Assembly: GCA_003223995.1 (NCBI GenBank)
Contig: QHYA01000061.1
Span: 2,259-66,258, forward strand
DNA: 64,000 bases
Origin: Acidobacteriota bacterium
Lineage (GTDB): Bacteria > Acidobacteriota > Polarisedimenticolia > QHYA01
Reading direction: 5' to 3'
Below, piece by piece: positions 20,139-28,953 of this stretch. The notes beneath the pieces are model-generated. The model did not search any database and had not been told where the DNA came from. It was given only the letters and a program-made list of their open reading frames with translations. The position numbers and the translations under genes were made by a program. How positions within the stretch are numbered: position 1 is the stretch's first letter; each line of letters begins with the position of its first letter.

Positions 20139-21536
20139 TTGAAGGAATTGGCCTGCCGCGTCCTGGCTCTTTCCCTGGCCGCCCTGGCCCTGGGGCCTTC
20201 TCCCGCCGGAGCGGAGAGAGCCGGTCCCGGCGCGGAGAAAGCCGGTCCCGAGATGGCCGGCATGTCGATGGAAGAGGACCACCCGACCGCCCTGCTGATG
20301 GAACTCGCCTCCGGGACCTCTCTCAATCCCGCCTCCGCTCCCGCGCACATGAGCCATCTCGTGAGGGCCGGGTGGACCATCATGCTGCACGGCCAGGCCT
20401 TCGTCACGGGGGCTGTCCAAACGGGCCCGCGGGGGAAGAACAGGATCTACTCCACGGACTGGGTGATGCTCGGAGGCGTCCGCCGTGCTGGGCAGGGCGC
20501 CCTCATGCTCCGCGCCATGCTGAGCCTCGATCCGGCCGGTGTCCGCCGCGGCTTCTATCCCGAGCTGTTCCAGACCGGCGAGGTCCACAACGGAAGACCG
20601 ATCGTCGACGGGCAGCACCCGCACGATCTCTTCATGGAGCTGTCCGCATCCTACACGAGACCTTTTGGAGACAGCTCCTCCCTGCTGCTCTATGCCGCGC
20701 CGGTCGGAGACCCCGCGCTGGGGCCGGTCGCATTCCCACATCGCTCCAGCAACGCGGAGAACCCCACGGCGGTCCTTGGCCACCACCTCCAGGACTCGAC
20801 CCACATTGCCTTCGAGGTGCTGACCGCCGGCTGGGACCTCGGGAAACTTCGGATCGAGACGAGCGGTTTCCATGGCGCCGAGCCGGACGACCACCGCTGG
20901 GGAATCGAGCAGGGAGCGATCGACTCCTGGTCGGGACGGCTGACGTATCGCCCCTCCGAGAACTGGGCGGCGCAGGCGTCGCGCGGCCGCCTTCATCATC
21001 CGGAGGAGCACGAGCCGGTGGACATCTCGCGGACGACCGCCTCGGTCCTCTACAGCCGGAGCTTCGGCGGCGGCCGCCTCTCCACAGGGTTCATCTGGGG
21101 AAGGAACCACCTCGAGAAGGGCCTCGATCTCGACTCATGGCTTGCCGAGGGGTGGTGGAGCTTCCACGGCAGGAACTTCCTGTTCGGGCGGCTCGAGCGC
21201 GTGGACAGAAACGAGCTGTTCGCCGACGACCCCCGGCAGGAAGCGGCCTTCGTGGTTGCGGGCATCCGCTCCTTCACGGTCAACGCCCTCACCCTGGGCT
21301 GCACGCGGGATTTCGACCGGTTCGAGGGGCTGGAAACCGGCATCGGATTCGACGCCACCCTCTACCGTTTCCCCTCGGTGCTGGATCGCTTCTACGGCGC
21401 CAACCCGAAAGCCTTCCACCTATTCCTGAGGCTTCGCCCGCACGGAAAATCTGCGGGAGTGCATGGCGGGGCGCACCATGGCCACTCGATGCACGAGATG
21501 GGGCCTGACCAGCGGGGCAGGCCTCACAACCCGTAA
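20139..21536 (+). CDS. hypothetical secreted Met/His-rich beta-rich protein (possible metal-binding outer-membrane protein)
   Basis: 465 aa, TTG start; signal peptide MKELACRVLALSLAALALGPSPAGA; N-terminal MAGMSMEEDHP; C-terminal His cluster HGGAHHGHSMHEM; alternating hydrophobic pattern typical of beta-strands. No confident family match. Confidence 0.55.
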   Translation: MKELACRVLALSLAALALGPSPAGAERAGPGAEKAGPEMAGMSMEEDHPTALLMELASGTSLNPASAPAHMSHLVRAGWTIMLHGQAFVTGAVQTGPRGKNRIYSTDWVMLGGVRRAGQGALMLRAMLSLDPAGVRRGFYPELFQTGEVHNGRPIVDGQHPHDLFMELSASYTRPFGDSSSLLLYAAPVGDPALGPVAFPHRSSNAENPTAVLGHHLQDSTHIAFEVLTAGWDLGKLRIETSGFHGAEPDDHRWGIEQGAIDSWSGRLTYRPSENWAAQASRGRLHHPEEHEPVDISRTTASVLYSRSFGGGRLSTGFIWGRNHLEKGLDLDSWLAEGWWSFHGRNFLFGRLERVDRNELFADDPRQEAAFVVAGIRSFTVNALTLGCTRDFDRFEGLETGIGFDATLYRFPSVLDRFYGANPKAFHLFLRLRPHGKSAGVHGGAHHGHSMHEMGPDQRGRPHNP

Positions 21537-21626
21537 CCCGAGCCCAGGCGTAGCGGCGAATGGGTCGCCCGAGTCGGAAGAGGCGAGCCCGCCGCGTTGT
21601 TCGAGTTGGCCGCGCGAGTCGTCCGG

Positions 21627-21655
21627 TTGCTGATGTTTTGATTCAGATGTATCAT
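21627..21655 (+). promoter_or_regulatory. candidate sigma-70-like promoter upstream of chrB (-35 TTGCTG 21627-21632, 17-nt spacer, -10 TATCAT 21650-21655)
   Basis: ggTTGCTGatgttttgattcagatgTATCATccaaag, in a locally AT-richer stretch 30 nt upstream of the TTG start at 21687. Confidence 0.3.
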
Positions 21656-21686
21656 CCAAAGCTTCAGTTGATGCCGGAGCCCGCGG

Positions 21687-22667
21687 TTGTCTGAAACAAC
21701 TGAGCCTCACTGGCTGCTGCTGATCCACCAGATTCCGCCCAAGCCGAACTATTTCCGCGTGAAGGTCTGGCGGCGCCTCCAGAGGCTCGGCGCCGTCGCC
21801 ATCAAGAATTCCGTCTATGTCCTCCCTCGATCGGATCAGGCCTACGAGGACTTCCAGTGGGTCGCCCGGGAAATAGTGGAGGGAGGCGGAGATGTCTCCA
21901 TCTGCGAGGCACGCTTCGTGGAGGGACTCTCCGACCAGCAGGTCGAAGCACTGTTCCACTCAGCGCGGGACGCCGACTACGCGCAGATCACAGAGGAGGC
22001 TCGCCGCGTCATGAAAGAGATCGGATCGGTCGGGAAAATCGACCCTGAAGCACTGGTCCAGGCCGAGGCGAGCCTTGCGCGACTCAAACGCCGCCAGTCG
22101 GAGATCACATCGATCGACTTCTTCGGCGCGCCTGGCCGTGAGGCCCTGGACGGACTGCTGGGAGGGATCGAGGCGAGGCTGATCCCCCCTGCGCGTGGTG
22201 AGGAGGTCGTACCAGATGCGAGCGGGATGGGCAAGCAGGTCCGGGGCCGAACCTGGGTAACCCGGAAGGGGATTCACATCGATCGGATGGCCAGCGCCTG
22301 GCTCATCCGCCGCTTCATCGATCCTGACGCACGCTTCAAGTTCGTTGTCAGCAGGGGCTACCGGCCAGAAGCAGGTGAAGTGCGGTTCGACATGTTCGAG
22401 GCGGAGTACACACACAAGGGCGACCGCTGCACTTTCGAGGTCCTTGTCGAAGGCTTCTGCCTCCGGGACTCCGCCCTTCTGCCAATCGCCCAGATCGTGC
22501 ATGACATCGATCTCAAGGATTCGAAGTTCGAGCTGCGGGAGACGGCCGGGATCGACCATCTGGTCGCCGGGATCGGCCTCGCCCACAGGGACGACGAGGA
22601 GCGTTTGGCCCGAGGCTCGGCCCTCTTCGACGATCTCCATGCGTACTTCCGGAGAGAGCGGGAGTGA
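21687..22667 (+). CDS. chrB: ChrB-domain protein (chromate resistance regulator/accessory protein)
   Basis: 326 aa; N-terminal ChrB signature HWLLLIHQIPPKPNYFRVKVWRRLQRLGAVAIKNSVYVLP; C-terminal ChrB_C-like domain. Confidence 0.75.
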   Translation: MSETTEPHWLLLIHQIPPKPNYFRVKVWRRLQRLGAVAIKNSVYVLPRSDQAYEDFQWVAREIVEGGGDVSICEARFVEGLSDQQVEALFHSARDADYAQITEEARRVMKEIGSVGKIDPEALVQAEASLARLKRRQSEITSIDFFGAPGREALDGLLGGIEARLIPPARGEEVVPDASGMGKQVRGRTWVTRKGIHIDRMASAWLIRRFIDPDARFKFVVSRGYRPEAGEVRFDMFEAEYTHKGDRCTFEVLVEGFCLRDSALLPIAQIVHDIDLKDSKFELRETAGIDHLVAGIGLAHRDDEERLARGSALFDDLHAYFRRERE

Positions 22668-22725
22668 CTGCTCCGCATTCTCTTGTCTCTTCTTGGCCCT
22701 GATGCCTGAGGGAAGGAGTTCTCGA

Positions 22726-23398
22726 ATGGCGGTACGCGTTGCAGCCTTCTTCTCGCTCCTGGTCGGGTCTGCACTCATTATCGTTGCAGGACCCACCGCG
22801 CCGGCCGGCTCATCGGCCAAGACATGGAACTTCGATTCAGAAAAGGCGGAGGGACCGCCGGCGGGTTTCGCTTTTGGAAGGACAGGCAGTGGAAGAGAGG
22901 GCCGATGGGTGGTCCGGGCCGAGAAGGGTGCACCGAGCGGAGGGAACGTGCTCGCCCAGGTCGACACCGACGATACGGATTACCGCTTCCCGGTAGCCGT
23001 CGTCCAGGACACTTCTCTTCGCGATCTCAGCCTTTCGGTGAAGTGCAAGCCGGTTTCGGGCAATGTGGACCAGGCTTGCGGCCTGGTCTTCAGATTCAAG
23101 GATTCGAACAACTACTACATCACCCGTGCGAACGCCCTGGAGAACAACGTCCGCATTTACTACGTGAAGGAGGGCAATAGAAGGCAGTTCGCGGGCTGGA
23201 ACGGGAAGGTCACCAGCGGAGAGTGGCACGACCTCCGTGTCGACGCCAAGGGAGATCACTTCGAGGTGTCATATGACGAAGGTGATCGACGCAACCGACA
23301 AGAGCTTTCCGGATGCTGGCAAGATCGGCTTGTGGACCAAGGCCGATTCCGTCACGTATTTCGACAACTTGACCGTCCATCCGATGGATCAGCCGTAG
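22726..23398 (+). pseudogene. DUF1080 (LamG-like jelly-roll / 3-keto-disaccharide hydrolase family) secreted protein with an apparent +1 frameshift near 23285
   Basis: ATG at 22726 with RBS GGAAGGAG; signal peptide MAVRVAAFFSLLVGSALIIVAGP. Frame A reads ...GEWHDLRVDAKGDHFEVSYDEG then a nonsense tail to 23409. Frame +1 continues with the canonical family C-terminus KVIDATDKSFPDAGKIGLWTKADSVTYFDNLTVHPMDQP* (stop 23396-23398). The two halves meet at gacgaaggtgatc. Confidence 0.5.
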
Positions 23399-23481
23399 CC
23401 GGACTCTGAAAGGGCCTTCAGGGCAAATGAGGTCTGGTCAGCACGTACGGCTCAAGCGCAGGTTGTTCTCTCAATGCGGAG

Positions 23482-24408
23482 ATGAGAATGAAGATGATTC
23501 CAGGTCTCATTTGTTTGACCCTGATACCGACTCTCGCACTGCCCGGCCAGAACATCAACAAACGCCCGAGCGCGCGGTTCAACACCGCTTCCATCGAGCA
23601 ATTGACAGGGGCCAAGGGCAAGCTCGACGAGAAGGAGGGAACGTTCAAGGTCTCGGTCCCGCGGAGCGACCTGACAGTCAGCGCCGCCGGCGTGCGTCTC
23701 ACGCCGCCTATGGGATTGACGTCCTGGGCCACCTTCAAGCGCAGCGGCAAGGACACGATCGTGATGGGAGACATGGTGCTCGCCGAGGACCAGGTCAACC
23801 CCGCCATGAGCGTCGCGCTCGAGAACGGCCTGGAGGTGACCGCGCTCCACAATCATTTCTTCTGGGACTCTCCGAAGGTCATGTTCATGCATATCGGCGG
23901 CATGGGGGAGACCGAGAAGCTGGCCTCGGCCGTCGGCAAGGTCTTCACGAAGATCAAGGAGACCATCGGTGGTAAGGGGGAGAAGCCCGAGGCGGACATC
24001 GATCCCGCCCAGACCAGCCTCGACCCTGGCAAGATCGAAGCGATTCTGGGGTTCAAAGGAGATCTGAAGGATGGCGTCTACAAGGTCGTCGTGGGGCGGA
24101 CGGCCAGGATGCACGGCAGCGAGATCGGCAACACCATGGGCGTGAACACCTGGGCCGCCTTCGCAGGCGCCGACGAAAGGGCGGTCGTCGCCGGCGACTT
24201 CGCAATGCTGGAATCCGAGGTGCAAGGAGTTCTCAAGGCGCTGCGCGGCGCCGCTATCGACGTGGTCGCAATCCACCAGCATATGATTGGCGATCAGCCG
24301 CGCATCGTATTTCTCCATTACTGGGGCGTCGGGCGGACCGAGGAGCTGGCGAGAGGCCTGCGCAAGGCGCTCGACCGTACTGCGAGCTCTCGAATGGCTC
24401 CGCAATGA
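23482..24408 (+). CDS. secreted tandem-repeat protein, DUF1259-like (LppY/LpqO family)
   Basis: 308 aa; signal MRMKMIPGLICLTLIPTLALPGQ; two homologous halves each with (V/M)LAEDQV...ALHNHFFWDSPKVMFMH / VVAGDFAMLESEV...AIHQHMIGDQPRIVFLH motifs. The family assignment is from memory, at moderate confidence. Confidence 0.55.
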   Translation: MRMKMIPGLICLTLIPTLALPGQNINKRPSARFNTASIEQLTGAKGKLDEKEGTFKVSVPRSDLTVSAAGVRLTPPMGLTSWATFKRSGKDTIVMGDMVLAEDQVNPAMSVALENGLEVTALHNHFFWDSPKVMFMHIGGMGETEKLASAVGKVFTKIKETIGGKGEKPEADIDPAQTSLDPGKIEAILGFKGDLKDGVYKVVVGRTARMHGSEIGNTMGVNTWAAFAGADERAVVAGDFAMLESEVQGVLKALRGAAIDVVAIHQHMIGDQPRIVFLHYWGVGRTEELARGLRKALDRTASSRMAPQ

Positions 24409-24472
24409 GCGCGGTCACCAGCGGGAAACCGTGCGCGCTACGAGAAGAATTCCCAACAAGGAGGATTGTGCG

Positions 24473-25000
24473 ATGAAAGGACGAATTGAATTGATGATGA
24501 TTCTGGCAGTCCTCTTGATCTTCGGTGCTCCTGGCGTCCGAGCGCAGGACTCCGACGACGATGAGGAGGGAGATCAGGGCGCTGTGGTCAAAGCGCTCCC
24601 GCAGGCCAAGATCTCGCTGGGCCAGGCGCTGGACGCATGCGAGCGCGAGGGGAAGCCGATCTCGGCGAAGTTCGAGATGGAGGACGGAAAGCTGCAACTC
24701 TCCGTGTACACGATGAAGGGCGACAAGCTCTCCGAGGTCATCGTGGATCACATGAGCGGCAAGGTCTCGAAGGCCGAGCCGATCACCGGCGGAGAGGATC
24801 TCACGTCCGCGAAGTCCCAGAGTGAGGCGATGGCCAAGGCCAAGAGACCGCTCCGAGCGGCCGTCGACGAGGCTCTGAAGGCCAACAAAGGTTACCGCGC
24901 GGTCAGCGTCGTCCCTGCGCTCAAGGAAGGGCATCCGATGGCGGAACTCACCCTTGCCAAGGGCGAGGAGCTCAAGACGGTGGCTGAGAAGCTGGAGTAG
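24473..25000 (+). CDS. secreted PepSY-domain protein (two PepSY repeats)
   Basis: ATG at 24473 with RBS AAGGAGGA; signal MKGRIELMMILAVLLIFGAPGVRA; two PepSY-like units (KISLGQALDACEREGKPISAKFEMEDGKLQLSVYTMKGDK... and ...AAVDEALKANKGYRAVSVVPALKEGHPMAELTLAKG). Confidence 0.7.
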   Translation: MKGRIELMMILAVLLIFGAPGVRAQDSDDDEEGDQGAVVKALPQAKISLGQALDACEREGKPISAKFEMEDGKLQLSVYTMKGDKLSEVIVDHMSGKVSKAEPITGGEDLTSAKSQSEAMAKAKRPLRAAVDEALKANKGYRAVSVVPALKEGHPMAELTLAKGEELKTVAEKLE

Positions 25001-25054
25001 GAAGCGCTGCCAGCTCGAGATCGTCGCCGAGGTGCACGCACGGGAAGCAGGACC

Positions 25055-26365
25055 ATGAGCTACAGCGCGAGGGTCACCATCGGAATACTCCTGAGTGCGT
25101 GGGTGTCACTGCCCGCGCAAGCAGCTCTTGTCACCAGCACATCCGAAAATCTCTCTGGTTCGCCAGCGCCGGAGATTCGGGCCGAAACTTTCGACGGCCA
25201 AGTTTTTGCAAGGCCGGTGGGAGCGGGGAAGGCGGTATGCGTCAGTTTCTTTGCCTCCTGGTGCCCCATCTGCCAGGCGGAAATCCAGGAACTGAGCGAA
25301 ATCCAATCGACCTATGCTGAACGAGGGATGAATTTCATCGGTGTGCTCGTTGATCCAGTGGAAACCCCAGATACTCTCGAAGAAGCGCGACAAGGGCTGA
25401 AGCGCAAACCCCTCCCTTACCCAGTGATTCTCATGGATGAGAATCTACGGGCATCCTTCCAGTACGTCGGCTTCCCTGCGACCTACTTCATCACCTCGGA
25501 CGGCACGTTCTCCACGACGCTCTATGGATACCATCCGCGGGGAAAAATCGCGGAGGTCGCCGAGCGAGTTCTCCTCGGGTCGGCGCCGACGACCGAGAGA
25601 GCCTTGACAGTGCCCTTGGAGACCGCAGCACCGAGCGGAGCCCCGTCGGCGCGGGGACCTTCATCCAGCGAGGCGCCGGAGTTGGCACACCCAAACAGGG
25701 GTACGGGAGGCGTATCGCCCTCGCAGGCACGCCTTCCCAGTCAACCCAATCCACAGCAATCAGCCCCCCCACCAGAGAGGGTGCCCACAGGTACCCAGGC
25801 CGCCGCGGATACAGCCGAGCGCAGCTTGGCTTCCGTGTCGACGAGGTCCACGGTCGAGCTTGTTCAACCTGCTCCATGGAGTAAATCCCCGCTCCTCGCG
25901 CTAGTTCCGAGCACCCGGAAGCAGGTCCATCCGCTCATCGTGCATTTTCCTATCGCGTTCCTGGGGCTCGAACTGCTTCTCGTCATGGCATACCTTGCCT
26001 GGCCGCGTGATTCCCTTCAGGTGTTCTCGCACTGGCTGCTGTGGTCTGCCGCCCTCTCACTCGTACCCTCCATCTACACAGGCATTGGCGACGTGGGCGC
26101 CGATCTGGGACCCGGCTGGGCGTTCTGGAACGGGCTCCAAGACCGCCTTCATCATTTCACCCGCCTCGAGAGCACCGTGTCGCTCCACGTGCTGTTCGTC
26201 CTGCTGACCGCATCGCTTGTCTTGATCCGTCTGGCTTGGCGAATCTTTTTTGGTGAGAAGGCGCTAGAAGGACGGAAACGATTTGTTTTCGCCGTGCTTG
26301 CCCTCCTGGGCTTCTGGGCGCTTTTCGCCGCAGGCCAGGTCGGCGGCTCGATCTCCCACCCGTGA
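25055..26365 (+). CDS. fusion protein: periplasmic thioredoxin-fold TlpA/ResA-like domain (WCPIC) + Pro/Ser-rich linker + C-terminal 4-TM His-rich membrane domain (DUF2231-like)
   Basis: 436 aa; signal peptide; redox-active motif SFFASWCPICQAEIQEL; ~100-aa low-complexity linker; membrane domain HPLIVHFPIAFLGLELLLV...HHFTRLESTVSLHVLFVLLTA...GQVGGSISHP. The stop overlaps the chrA start (GTGATG). Confidence 0.75.
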   Translation: MSYSARVTIGILLSAWVSLPAQAALVTSTSENLSGSPAPEIRAETFDGQVFARPVGAGKAVCVSFFASWCPICQAEIQELSEIQSTYAERGMNFIGVLVDPVETPDTLEEARQGLKRKPLPYPVILMDENLRASFQYVGFPATYFITSDGTFSTTLYGYHPRGKIAEVAERVLLGSAPTTERALTVPLETAAPSGAPSARGPSSSEAPELAHPNRGTGGVSPSQARLPSQPNPQQSAPPPERVPTGTQAAADTAERSLASVSTRSTVELVQPAPWSKSPLLALVPSTRKQVHPLIVHFPIAFLGLELLLVMAYLAWPRDSLQVFSHWLLWSAALSLVPSIYTGIGDVGADLGPGWAFWNGLQDRLHHFTRLESTVSLHVLFVLLTASLVLIRLAWRIFFGEKALEGRKRFVFAVLALLGFWALFAAGQVGGSISHP

Positions 26366-27774
26366 TGCACACCGAACAGCTTTCATCAATGGCCTCTCTT
26401 CCAGAGGCCAGGCCGCGCATAGCTTTCGGAGCAGCGGTGCGTGTTTGGGTCGAGGTCGCCCTCAAGAGTTTCGGCGGGCCCGCCGGGCAGATCGCAGTCA
26501 TGCACCGAATCCTCGTCGACGAGAAGCGGTGGGTGAGCGAGTCGCGCTTTTTGCACGCCCTCAATTACTGCATGCTTCTGCCAGGTCCGGAAGCTCAGCA
26601 GCTCGCCATTTACATTGGCTGGCTCCTGCATGGCTATTCCGGGGGCCTCGTGGCGGGAAGCCTGTTCGTTTTACCAGGCTTCGTGGCGATCCTGGCGCTC
26701 AGCTTTCTCTACGCGGGGTTCCACAATCTCGGCCTTATCGCGGCGTTGTTCTTCGGGCTCAAGGCGGCGGTCCTTGCGGTCGTCGTCGAGGCTGTCGTGC
26801 GCATCGGCCGGAGGGTTCTCAAGAACGCCGCAATGATCGCCATCGCCGCGCTCGCCTTCGTCGGCATCTTCTTTTTCGATGTCCCTTTCCCTCTCATCGT
26901 TCTTGGGGCCGGGCTCGTGGGCTTCATGGGAGGACGACTACGTCCTGACACGTTCGTCGTGATCAAGGGCCCGGTACCTGAAGCCAATGGCGACTCACCA
27001 GCCCTCGTGGATTCCCTATTCGAGCACCATTCACCAGCGCGCGTCCCTCCGTCGGTGGCTCGCGCGCTGCGAATCGGAACAGTCTGGCTTCTGTTGTGGA
27101 TGGTGCCCGTTGCACTCCTCGCCATGGCCCTCGGGTCGAACAGCGTCTATGTGAAAGAGGGGATCTTCTTCGGCAAAGCGGCCGTCGTGACGTTCGGTGG
27201 GGCCTACGCAGTCCTCGCCTACATCGCGCAGCGGGCGGTCGAGCACTACGGGTGGCTCAAGCCAGGCGAGATGCTCGACGGCTTGGGTATGGCGGAGACA
27301 ACACCGGGGCCTCTCATCCAGGTTGTTCAGTTCGTTGGCTTCATGGGCGCGTACCGCCACCCAGGGAACCTTCATCCTATGGTGGCGGGCACTCTGGGCG
27401 CGATCGTGACGACCTGGGTCACCTACGTGCCCTGCTTTCTCTGGATCTTTCTCGGAGCGCCCTACATCGAGTGGCTGCGGGGCAACAGTAAACTGAGCGC
27501 GGCGCTTTCAGCGATCACAGCAGCCGTGGTGGGAGTCGTGTTGAATCTGGCGGTATGGTTCGCCCTCCACGTCATTTTCGCCCACGTCGACACCTTTGGG
27601 GCCCCATTCGGAGCCAAGCTGTTCGTGCCGGTTTGGACCACGCTCCAGTGGCCGGCCTTGTTGATCTCGTTGGGCGCTTTCGTCGCCATGTTTCGATTCA
27701 AGGTCGGCATGCTCGGCACCCTCGCCGCTAGCATGGTGGTCGGGGCCCTCTTCAACTGGGTCGTCCGCGTATGA
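26362..27774 (+). CDS. chrA: chromate ion transporter (CHR family, duplicated-domain long form)
   Basis: 470 aa; two CHR domains, each with the conserved FGGP...A motif region (KSFGGPAGQIAVMH... and VTFGGAYAVLAYIAQ...), ~10-12 TM helices. Confidence 0.9.
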   Translation: MMHTEQLSSMASLPEARPRIAFGAAVRVWVEVALKSFGGPAGQIAVMHRILVDEKRWVSESRFLHALNYCMLLPGPEAQQLAIYIGWLLHGYSGGLVAGSLFVLPGFVAILALSFLYAGFHNLGLIAALFFGLKAAVLAVVVEAVVRIGRRVLKNAAMIAIAALAFVGIFFFDVPFPLIVLGAGLVGFMGGRLRPDTFVVIKGPVPEANGDSPALVDSLFEHHSPARVPPSVARALRIGTVWLLLWMVPVALLAMALGSNSVYVKEGIFFGKAAVVTFGGAYAVLAYIAQRAVEHYGWLKPGEMLDGLGMAETTPGPLIQVVQFVGFMGAYRHPGNLHPMVAGTLGAIVTTWVTYVPCFLWIFLGAPYIEWLRGNSKLSAALSAITAAVVGVVLNLAVWFALHVIFAHVDTFGAPFGAKLFVPVWTTLQWPALLISLGAFVAMFRFKVGMLGTLAASMVVGALFNWVVRV

Positions 27775-27959
27775 AGGCGAGGGGCGCGGGCGCGGCACCC
27801 CGTGCTCCGAATCATGAAGCCTCCCCAGCCATGAGGGAGTGCATCCTGATGACTTCGACGTACGGTCCCATCGGTTGATGAGACGAGAAGAACCGATGAA
27901 TCGTCCAGCCGTTCTGGCGGGCTGCCGGGAGTTCGGGGCTCTACCTGCCACGGTGGCGG

Positions 27960-28040
27960 ACGCTCTGGCCGCCATCCTGACGACGCCTTTCGAGTGGCTC
28001 CGGGGCAACAAGAGGTTGAGCAGCGCCCTTTCTCGTGTAC
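27960..28040 (+). other. short remnant resembling the chrA C-terminal region (possible relic of a duplicated or deleted chrA copy)
   Basis: Intergenic sequence encodes ...LAAILTTPFEWLRGNKRLSSALS..., paralleling chrA ...APYIEWLRGNSKLSAALS... (nt 27460-27515); similarity spans only ~13 aa. Confidence 0.25.
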
Positions 28041-28078
28041 ACTACGCATTCTGTCCACAATTCCCAAGGAGGTCGCTC

Positions 28079-28270
28079 ATGGCGAATCCTCGCAGGGTCA
28101 TCGCAGATTGCAGGCTCTTCCCCAGCGCGAAGAACTGCACGCTCACCATATCGGGCACGGAGGAGGAGGTCCTCACGATCGCAGTCCAGCACGCCGTGGC
28201 GAGCCACGGCCACAAGGACAGTCCCGAGCTGAGGACCCAGATCCGATCGATGCACGGGGAAGAGAAGTAA
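28079..28270 (+). CDS. DUF1059-family small metal-binding protein
   Basis: 63 aa; ATG at 28079 with RBS AAGGAGG 7 nt upstream; MANPRRVIADCRLFPSAKNCTLTISGTEEEVLTIAVQHAVASHGHKDSPELRTQIRSM matches the family C..C / QHA..HG pattern. Confidence 0.6.
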   Translation: MANPRRVIADCRLFPSAKNCTLTISGTEEEVLTIAVQHAVASHGHKDSPELRTQIRSMHGEEK

Positions 28271-28360
28271 GCGGAGGCACTGGGAAGAGCATCCCCGATC
28301 GATAGGCTCGCGGTCCGGCTCCGCAGTGCCGGGTGCCGCGGCCAGGCCTTCTTCCGACTC

Positions 28361-28801
28361 GTGGTGCCACGCGATCTTGGAGCAGACCGAGTGCCCGTCA
28401 AACTCAGCCGTCTCGACCACTTCGCCGTCTTCGTGGCCGATCTGGAAAGCGCCGAGCGCTTCTATGTCGAGATGCTCGGCATGCAGCGGGTCATGAAGCT
28501 TCCGGATCAGACGCTGCTCATGCTGGGTGGGGTCAATATCGGACTGATGGAGCAAGCGGGTCTGCCGGCTCCAGACCCTGCGATCCTGCAGAATCCTCTT
28601 GGCAGGGCCCATCACGCCTTTCTGGTCGAAGAGGAGAACTTCGACGCCTCCCGCGCTGTCCTCGCCGCCGCTTCCATCCCCGTCAGCGACCCGGTGAACT
28701 GGGGCGATCACCGCTGCTTCTACTTTCTTGATCCCTCCGGAAATCTCCTCGAGATCGTCACGCCTCCAGCCGTGAGGCGCGAGGGGCCATCTTCGCGCTG
28801 A
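28361..28801 (+). CDS. VOC-family protein (glyoxalase / bleomycin-resistance / dioxygenase fold)
   Basis: 146 aa; LDHFAVFVADLESAERFYVEMLGM ... HHAFLVEE ... CFYFLDPSGNLLEI. An alternative GTG start at 28391 (MPVKLSRLDH..., GGAG RBS) is plausible. Confidence 0.75.
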   Translation: MVPRDLGADRVPVKLSRLDHFAVFVADLESAERFYVEMLGMQRVMKLPDQTLLMLGGVNIGLMEQAGLPAPDPAILQNPLGRAHHAFLVEEENFDASRAVLAAASIPVSDPVNWGDHRCFYFLDPSGNLLEIVTPPAVRREGPSSR

Positions 28802-28953
28802 TAATGACCGAATGGGAGCCGTTGCCACCGGCAATGGCGGTGGTTCGGTCCGGGCGATCGTTGGCCGAGGAAACCCGTTGGAGCGAGGCTCGCGGCCGGG
28901 CTGCTTCGGAGCCCCGGCGGCAGGTCATTCGATAAGAGCGTACAATTTTCCCT

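Noticed and set aside
20139-21536. CopB/PcoB copper-resistance outer-membrane protein
   Set aside because: Met/His-rich termini are suggestive, but the central sequence does not resemble PcoB as I recall it. Kept as a generic Met/His-rich secreted beta-rich protein
27839-28270. 143-aa ORF as a single gene
   Set aside because: The N-terminal 80 aa are the chrA-remnant/non-coding region. Only the C-terminal 63 aa (from ATG 28079 with a strong RBS) match the DUF1059 family
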